This document shows positions 58,688-64,000 of a stretch of DNA of 64,000 bases, piece after piece. Source of the stretch: Myxococcota bacterium. GTDB taxonomy: Bacteria; Myxococcota_A; UBA9160; JAFDDA01. Each line of letters opens with the position of its first letter. Positions within the stretch are counted from its first letter, which is position 1. Made by a program: the position numbers and the translations under genes. The notes under the pieces are model-generated. The model did no database searches, had not been told where the DNA came from, and saw only the letters and a list, made by a program, of their open reading frames with translations. The stretch is taken from NCBI GenBank assembly GCA_965228475.1, contig OZ245817.1, positions 2,208,001 through 2,272,000 on the forward strand. The letters run 5' to 3'.

Positions 58688-61237
58688 TTGCGCGACCTCA
58701 AGCGGTACCGTCTCAAACGAGACCCGGAGGCCACGCCCGAGCCCTTCGGTGACGAGCGCCCCGGGAGGGCAATTCCCCCCGGCGGCGCCCGGCGCTTCGT
58801 CGTCCAGCAGCACGCGGCCCGGAACCTCCACTGGGATCTCCGGCTCGAGATCGCCGGCGTGCTGGTGAGCTTCGCCGTCCCGCGCGGGCCGTCCCTCGAC
58901 CCCGGCGAGCGCCGCCTGGCCGTGCAGACGGAAGACCACCCGCTCGAGTACGCGGACTTCGAGGGCGTGATCCCCGAAGGCAACTACGGCGCCGGGGCGA
59001 TGATCGTCTGGGACGAGGGCATCTATCGGAGCGCCGACGGCAAGGACCCCGCCCGCCAGCTCGAAGACGGCAAGCTCGATCTCGAGCTGCGCGGCCACAA
59101 GCTGCGCGGGCGCTTCGCGCTCGTGCGCACGCGGGGCGAGCCCGCGGGACGGAGCTGGCTCCTGCTGCACAAGACACGCGCGGCCTTCGAACCGCCGGAC
59201 GTGATCGATGCGGCGCCCGCGTCGGTGCTCTCCGGGCTCACGGTGGAAGAGCTGGCCGCCGGCGTGACGCGCGAGGACGCGCTGCGCGAGCGGCTCGCCG
59301 AGGCCGGTGCGAAGCGCGGACGCGTCGATGCGGCGGCCCTCCGCCCGATGCTGGCCTCGACGGGGGAGGGCGCCTTCTCGGACGCGGCCTGGCGCTTCGA
59401 GCTGAAGTACGACGGCGTGCGCATCCTCGCGGCGCGCGAGGGCGGCGGCGAGGTCGTGCTGCGGACGCGTGCGGGCCGGGACCGGACGGCCGTGTACCCG
59501 GAGGTCGCGGCAGCCCTCGCGCACCTCCCCGCGAGCGACTTCGTGCTCGACGGCGAGATCGTCACCCTCGACGCGGCGGGCCGGAGCTCCTTCGAGCGGC
59601 TCCAGCGGCGCTTCACCCAGCGCGACCCGGAGCGGATCGCCCGCGAGCGCCTCGAGGCGCCGGCCGTCTACGCGGTCTTCGACCTCCCGGCGCTGCTCGG
59701 GCACGACCTGCGCGCCCTTCCGCTCGACGCGCGCAAGGCCGTGCTCGCCGAGCTCGTCCCGCGCCAGGGCGTCGCGCACTTCGTCGATCACGTCGAAGGG
59801 GAAGGGGAGGCGCTCTTCGAAGCGGCGGAGGCCCACGGCCTCGAAGGCGTCGTCGCGAAGCGCGGCGACTCGCGCTACGAGGACGGCCGCCGCTCGCCGC
59901 GCTGGAAGAAGCTCAAGGTGCCCCGCACGGCGACGCTCGCCGTGGTCGGGTTCACGGAGGGCCAGGGTTCGCGCAAGCCGCTCGGCTCGCTGGCGTTGGC
60001 GTGGCACCGGGAAGGGCGCTTCGTCTATGCCGGCCAGGTCGGCTCGGGCTTCTCGGCCGAGGCGGTGGACGCCCTGCGCGAGGCGCTCGAGCGGCAGCGC
60101 ATCGAGGCGGCCCCTTGCGAGGACGTGCCCGAAGATCTGCCGCACGAGGTGTTCTGGGTCGACCCCGAGGCGTGCTGCGAGGTCCGCTTCACCGAGGTCA
60201 CGGGCGCCGGACACCTGCGGCACCCGGTCTTCCTCGGGTTGCGCGAGGAGGTCGCGCCCGGCGATTGCGTGGCACCGTCTTCATCCGAGACTTCCAGCGT
60301 GGAGCGCGAGCCGCTCGGAAACGAGGGGCCGCCTCCCAAGCTGCCCGAGCGCGGCTTCGTCCCCTCCCGCCTCGACAAGATCTTCTGGCCTGTCGATGGC
60401 TACACCAAGGGCGACCTGCTCGCCTACTACGAGGCCGTCTGGCCGTGGCTCGCGCGCTACCTCGAGGACCGGCCCCTCGTCCTGGTGCGGCACCCCGACG
60501 GGATCGACGGGAAGCACTTCTATCAGAAGAACGCGCCGGACTTCACGCCGGCCTGGGCGACGCGCCGGAACATCGAAGGCACGGACTACTTCATCTGCAA
60601 CGATCTCGACACGCTGCGCTACGTGGTGAACTCCGGCGCGATCTCCCTGCACGTCTGGCACAGCCGCGCGGCGGACCTCGAACGGCCGGACTGGCTCGTG
60701 CTCGACCTCGACCCCAAGGAGGCACCCTTCGCGGACGTGGTCGAGGTCGCCCGTCACGTCCACCGCCTGCTCGAGGGCTGCGGAGCGCCCCACGGCGTGA
60801 AGACCTCCGGGCAGGATGGCCTCCACGTCCTGCTGCCGCTCGGCGGCCAGCTCGACCACGAAGAATCGCGCCGGCTGGCCGAAGTGCTCGCGCGCGTGGT
60901 CGCGGCGGAGATGCCCGAGAAGACGACGCTCGTGCGCCCCGTGGCGCGCCGCGCCGACAAGGTCTATCTCGACTACCTGCAGAACGGACGCGGCAAGCTG
61001 ATCGCGGCGCCGTTCGCCGTCCGCCCGCGCGCGGGCGCGCCGGTCTCGACGCCGCTGTCCTGGAGTCAGGTGACCGCCCGCCTCGACCCGGGCCGCTGGA
61101 ACCTCCGGACCACGCCCCGGCAGATGGAGAAGAAGGGAGACCCGATGGCCGACCTGCTCTCGCAGGAACTCGACGTCGAAGCCCTGCTCACGGCGCTCGC
61201 CGAACGCCTCGCCTCCGCCGGGGAGGTGCAGGAATGA
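58688..61237 (+). CDS. ligD: NHEJ DNA ligase D (PE-LIG-POL)
   Basis: PE domain (FVVQQHAAR.LHWDLRLE, TEDHPLEY), ligase (ELKYDGVR, DGEIV, EGVVAK) and POL domain (DLDP, KTSGQDGLH, DYLQN). Confidence 0.95.
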   Translation: MRDLKRYRLKRDPEATPEPFGDERPGRAIPPGGARRFVVQQHAARNLHWDLRLEIAGVLVSFAVPRGPSLDPGERRLAVQTEDHPLEYADFEGVIPEGNYGAGAMIVWDEGIYRSADGKDPARQLEDGKLDLELRGHKLRGRFALVRTRGEPAGRSWLLLHKTRAAFEPPDVIDAAPASVLSGLTVEELAAGVTREDALRERLAEAGAKRGRVDAAALRPMLASTGEGAFSDAAWRFELKYDGVRILAAREGGGEVVLRTRAGRDRTAVYPEVAAALAHLPASDFVLDGEIVTLDAAGRSSFERLQRRFTQRDPERIARERLEAPAVYAVFDLPALLGHDLRALPLDARKAVLAELVPRQGVAHFVDHVEGEGEALFEAAEAHGLEGVVAKRGDSRYEDGRRSPRWKKLKVPRTATLAVVGFTEGQGSRKPLGSLALAWHREGRFVYAGQVGSGFSAEAVDALREALERQRIEAAPCEDVPEDLPHEVFWVDPEACCEVRFTEVTGAGHLRHPVFLGLREEVAPGDCVAPSSSETSSVEREPLGNEGPPPKLPERGFVPSRLDKIFWPVDGYTKGDLLAYYEAVWPWLARYLEDRPLVLVRHPDGIDGKHFYQKNAPDFTPAWATRRNIEGTDYFICNDLDTLRYVVNSGAISLHVWHSRAADLERPDWLVLDLDPKEAPFADVVEVARHVHRLLEGCGAPHGVKTSGQDGLHVLLPLGGQLDHEESRRLAEVLARVVAAEMPEKTTLVRPVARRADKVYLDYLQNGRGKLIAAPFAVRPRAGAPVSTPLSWSQVTARLDPGRWNLRTTPRQMEKKGDPMADLLSQELDVEALLTALAERLASAGEVQE

Positions 61238-61995
61238 AGCGCATGCGTCTCCGTGCCGGCACCAGCGGCTACAGCTACAAGGAGTGGAAGGGGCCCTTCT
61301 ATCCGGAGAAGCTCCCGGCGAAGGAGATGCTCGGCTACTACGCCGAGCGGCTGCCGGCCGTCGAGATCAACAACACCTTCTACCGCCTGCCGAAGACCTC
61401 GGTGCTCGAGACCTGGGCGGCCCAGGTTCCCGAGGACTTCCGCTTCGTCCTGAAGGCTTCGCGGCGCATCACCCACTTCAAGCGCCTCAAGGAGGCCGGC
61501 GACGAGACGGCGTACCTGCTCCGGACAGTCGCCGTCCTCGGCGACCGCCTCGGTGCGCTCCTCTTCCAGCTCCCGCCGAACCTCGCGTGCGACCTCGAAC
61601 GCTTCGATTCGTTCCTGACCTTGCTCCCGGAAGGCGGCCGCATCGCCTTCGAGTTCCGTCACCCGTCGTGGCTCGAGGAGCCCGGCGTGAGCGATCGTCT
61701 CCGGGATCATGGCGCGGCCCTCGTCGCGGTCGACGACGCCGAGGCGCCCCTCGAGGAGCTCGTCGAAACCGCGGACTGGGGCTACCTGCGCCTGCGCGGC
61801 GAGGGCTACGGCGCCGAGGAACTCGCGGCCTGGCAGACGCGCATCCGCGCCACGCGTTGGGGAGAGGCGTTCGTGTTCTTCAAGCACGAGGACGCCGGCG
61901 CCGGACCGAAGCTCGCTCGCGCCTTCCAGGCGCAGGCCGTACCCCGAAAGGCGGCGGCCGCGCGGCCAGCCGCGCGCAAGCGGGAGGCCGGCTGA
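61234..61995 (+). CDS. DUF72 family protein
   Basis: GTSGYSY.EW.G.FYP, VEINNTFY..P, LFQLPP and EFRH.SW motifs; ATG overlaps the ligD stop. Confidence 0.9.
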   Translation: MKRMRLRAGTSGYSYKEWKGPFYPEKLPAKEMLGYYAERLPAVEINNTFYRLPKTSVLETWAAQVPEDFRFVLKASRRITHFKRLKEAGDETAYLLRTVAVLGDRLGALLFQLPPNLACDLERFDSFLTLLPEGGRIAFEFRHPSWLEEPGVSDRLRDHGAALVAVDDAEAPLEELVETADWGYLRLRGEGYGAEELAAWQTRIRATRWGEAFVFFKHEDAGAGPKLARAFQAQAVPRKAAAARPAARKREAG

Positions 61996-62003
61996 TCCGG
62001 GAC

Positions 62004-62561
62004 ATGGCCCAGAACCCTGCGGCGCATTGGGTGTTCGGATACGGCTCCCTCGTCTTCCGCCCGGACTTCCCCCATGAGGAGGCCCGCGCTGCCCGTCTGC
62101 GGGGCTACGCGCGGCGCTTCTGGCAGGGCTCGACGGACCACCGCGGCGTCCCGGAAGCGCCGGGGCGGGTGGTCACGCTCTCGCCCGAGCCGGAGGCCGT
62201 GTGCCACGGCGTGGCCTTCCGCGTCGCGCCCGCGGCGTGGCCGGAGGTGGTCGCGAAGCTCGACCACCGCGAAAGCGGCGGCTACGAGCAGCGTGAGGTG
62301 GAACTCGAGCTCGTCGAGGCAGGGCCCGCGAGGATCTCGGCCCTCGTCTACTACGCGGCGCCGGGAAACCCGAACTACCTCGGCGACGCGCCGCTCGTCG
62401 AGATTGCCCGGCAGGTCCACGGGGCCCGCGGGCCGAGTGGCGCGAACCTCGAATACGTGCTGCGCCTGGCCGAGCATCTGCGGTCGCTCGGCGTGGCGTC
62501 GGATCCCGTCTTCGATCTGGAGAGGGCGCTGGCGGAACTCCCGCGGGCCCGGGGCGCCTAG
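62004..62561 (+). CDS. chaC: Glutathione-specific gamma-glutamylcyclotransferase (ChaC family)
   Basis: WVFGYGSL, F.QGSTDHRG.P..PGRV.TL and GPSG.N.EY motifs. Confidence 0.9.
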   Translation: MAQNPAAHWVFGYGSLVFRPDFPHEEARAARLRGYARRFWQGSTDHRGVPEAPGRVVTLSPEPEAVCHGVAFRVAPAAWPEVVAKLDHRESGGYEQREVELELVEAGPARISALVYYAAPGNPNYLGDAPLVEIARQVHGARGPSGANLEYVLRLAEHLRSLGVASDPVFDLERALAELPRARGA

Positions 62562-63250
62562 GCGGTCGGCGGCGCGCTCGGTGCGGCCGGAGCGCCGGGC
62601 TCGTCGTCCTCGGGCGCGACGAGCCCCGCGGACATCACGAGCTTGAAGGCCTCTTCGACGGTCAGGTCGATGTCGTGGACCTCCTGCTCCGGGACGAGCA
62701 GGTAGAAGCCCGAGGTTGGGTTCGGCGTCGTCGGCACGAAGCAGTTGATCATCTTGTCGGGCGTGATGTCCTGGACGATGCCGCGGGCCTCACCGGTGGT
62801 GAAGGCCAGGGCCCAGAGGCCCTTGCGCGGGTACTCGATCAGGATCACCCGGTTGAAGCGCGAGCCGGTGTCGCTCTGGAAGATCGCCTCCATGAGCTGC
62901 CGCACGGCGCCGTAGATGCTGCCCGCGATCGGGATGTCGTCGATCAGGTTGGCCCAGCGCCGGGTGATCTCGAAGGGCACGAGGTGCCGTGCGATCACGC
63001 CGAGCAGCAGGATCACGACCAGCGTGAAGAGCACCCCGACGAGCGGCAGGTTCGGCGGGTCGGTGACGCCGAGCCAGCCGAGCACCGTCGGCAGGAACAT
63101 GCGGTCGAGGCGGCCGATGATCCAGAAGATCGCCCAGAGGGTGATCCCGATCGGCGCGAAGAACAGGATGCCGGCTACGAAGTAGCGGCGGAAGATGCCC
63201 CGCAAGGCGGCCATCCAGCGGGCGAGCCGCGTCTTGTCGGGCTCGGGCAC
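62558..63250 (-). CDS. DUF502 membrane protein
   Basis: YFVAG....P...T, IP....IY...RQ, EYPR.G and FVPTTPNPTSGF motifs. Confidence 0.9.
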   Translation of the reverse strand: MPEPDKTRLARWMAALRGIFRRYFVAGILFFAPIGITLWAIFWIIGRLDRMFLPTVLGWLGVTDPPNLPLVGVLFTLVVILLLGVIARHLVPFEITRRWANLIDDIPIAGSIYGAVRQLMEAIFQSDTGSRFNRVILIEYPRKGLWALAFTTGEARGIVQDITPDKMINCFVPTTPNPTSGFYLLVPEQEVHDIDLTVEEAFKLVMSAGLVAPEDDEPGAPAAPSAPPTA

Positions 63251-63261
63251 GAGCGGTGCTC

Positions 63262-63411
63262 CTAGAAGAGCGGGTCGTCGCCGTCGGGCGCGTAGGCCGT
63301 GATCTCGCAGTCGAGGCCGATCACCTCGAAGCGGGGCGGCTCGTAGGCCTGGGTCGCTTCCGGGTTGCTCGTGGTGGCCGAAGCCGCCGGGTCGCGGGGA
63401 TCGTTTCGCAT
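63262..63411 (-). CDS. 49-aa PqqA-like / RiPP-precursor-like peptide
   Basis: Hand translation gives MRNDPRDPAASATTSNPEATQAYEPPRFEVIGLDCEITAYAPDGDDPLF*. The YxxP and ExxxY spacing matches PqqA; third codon positions are mostly G/C; too short for the ORF track. Confidence 0.65.
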   Translation of the reverse strand: MRNDPRDPAASATTSNPEATQAYEPPRFEVIGLDCEITAYAPDGDDPLF

Positions 63412-63417
63412 GGGACG

Positions 63418-63426
63418 GTTATAGCA
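63418..63426 (-). promoter_or_regulatory. Extended -10 promoter element (TGcTATAAC) for the small peptide gene
   Basis: TG-C-TATAAC ends 6 nt upstream of ATG 63411, and no Shine-Dalgarno is present. Confidence 0.55.
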
Positions 63427-63483
63427 CGGCACGGATGCGGGCCGCCCGGCTGCGGGTGCCAGCGGGAGGGTGCAGGGGTGGCG

Positions 63484-64000
63484 TCAGCGCGCGCCCATCG
63501 GCCGCATTCCGAGGCGCGCGTGCTCGATGGCTTCGAGGAGGCCCTGGCGCGTGATCGCGCCCACGATCATCGAGCCGTCCATGATGGGGATCTGGTTCGT
63601 GCGGTGCTGGGAGAAGAGGTGCAGGACGTCGACGGCGGCGAGGTCCGGAGAGGCGAGGATCACGCGGTCCATGGGGGTCGTGATCGAGCCGACCGGGGTC
63701 TGGGCCCAGCGCGAGCGCGGCACCGCGTCCAGGTCGGCGCGCGAGACCAGACCGACGGGCCGGCCATGGTCGAGCACCACCGCCCATCGCTCGCCGCGCA
63801 GGACGTGATCGTCGGCGAAGGCGGCCACGGTCAGGCTGCCTTCGACGGTGGGCACACGCGGCGTCATGAGGTCGCGCGCGACGATCCCGCGCAGCTCGAT
63901 CTCGAGCCCGGCCCGCCGCCGGTGGTCGATGGAGGCCGTCAGCACGAACCAGCCGATGAAGGCGAACCACAGGCCCTGCACCGGCGCTCGGAAGGCCACG
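63484..64000 (-). CDS. Site-2 (M50) protease with CBS domains, C-terminal part (truncated by the window edge)
   Basis: GLWFAFIGWF TM motif followed by a CBS pair (ARDLMT, VGLVSR.D, VGAITR). Confidence 0.75.
   Translation of the reverse strand, partial: VAFRAPVQGLWFAFIGWFVLTASIDHRRRAGLEIELRGIVARDLMTPRVPTVEGSLTVAAFADDHVLRGERWAVVLDHGRPVGLVSRADLDAVPRSRWAQTPVGSITTPMDRVILASPDLAAVDVLHLFSQHRTNQIPIMDGSMIVGAITRQGLLEAIEHARLGMRPMGAR

Noticed and set aside
63262..63411. Lasso-peptide interpretation of the small ORF
   Set aside because: YxxP fits, but there is no Thr(-2) followed by a typical Gly/Cys/Ser/Ala core start and no lasso cyclase or peptidase nearby; the ExxxY pattern fits PqqA better.

Overview
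Very GC-rich bacterial chromosomal segment whose gene content and order point to a Myxococcota/deltaproteobacterial lineage (inference). 1-17.7 kb: type IV pilus region, with an Ig-repeat protein, a divergent sigma54 response regulator, an XRE HTH gene, pilMNOPQ, aroK-aroB, a TPR protein, a Roadblock/MglC-like gene, aroQ, a lipoate-ligase-family gene, an SgmX-like TPR protein and an ExeA-like ATPase. 17.7-57.5 kb: accessory region rich in secreted and surface proteins (segmented collagen-like fibre, DUF4384 protein, beta-barrel, a lipoprotein, a protein with a Cys-containing 'CGLGAE' C-terminal sorting-like tail, a PEP-CTERM protein). It also carries signalling enzymes (class III cyclase, 7TM-PAS-GGDEF-EAL), lnt, tRNA-Gly(CCC), pgi and an NTT-like carrier. 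57.6-64 kb: Ku/LigD NHEJ locus, DUF72, ChaC, DUF502 and a partial site-2 protease. No integrase, transposase, CRISPR array or rRNA was seen. Main observations beyond routine annotation: (1) a 49-aa PqqA-like/RiPP-precursor-like ORF (63262-63411) missing from the ORF track, with its own promoter and no maturases nearby; (2) a recurring TAnnnT-N6-start-codon pattern suggesting widespread leaderless transcription; (3) the CGLGAE-TM-basic C-terminal tail near an atypical lnt; (4) the modular collagen fibre with 10 knob repeats. All assignments come from motif recognition by eye; no database searches were run.
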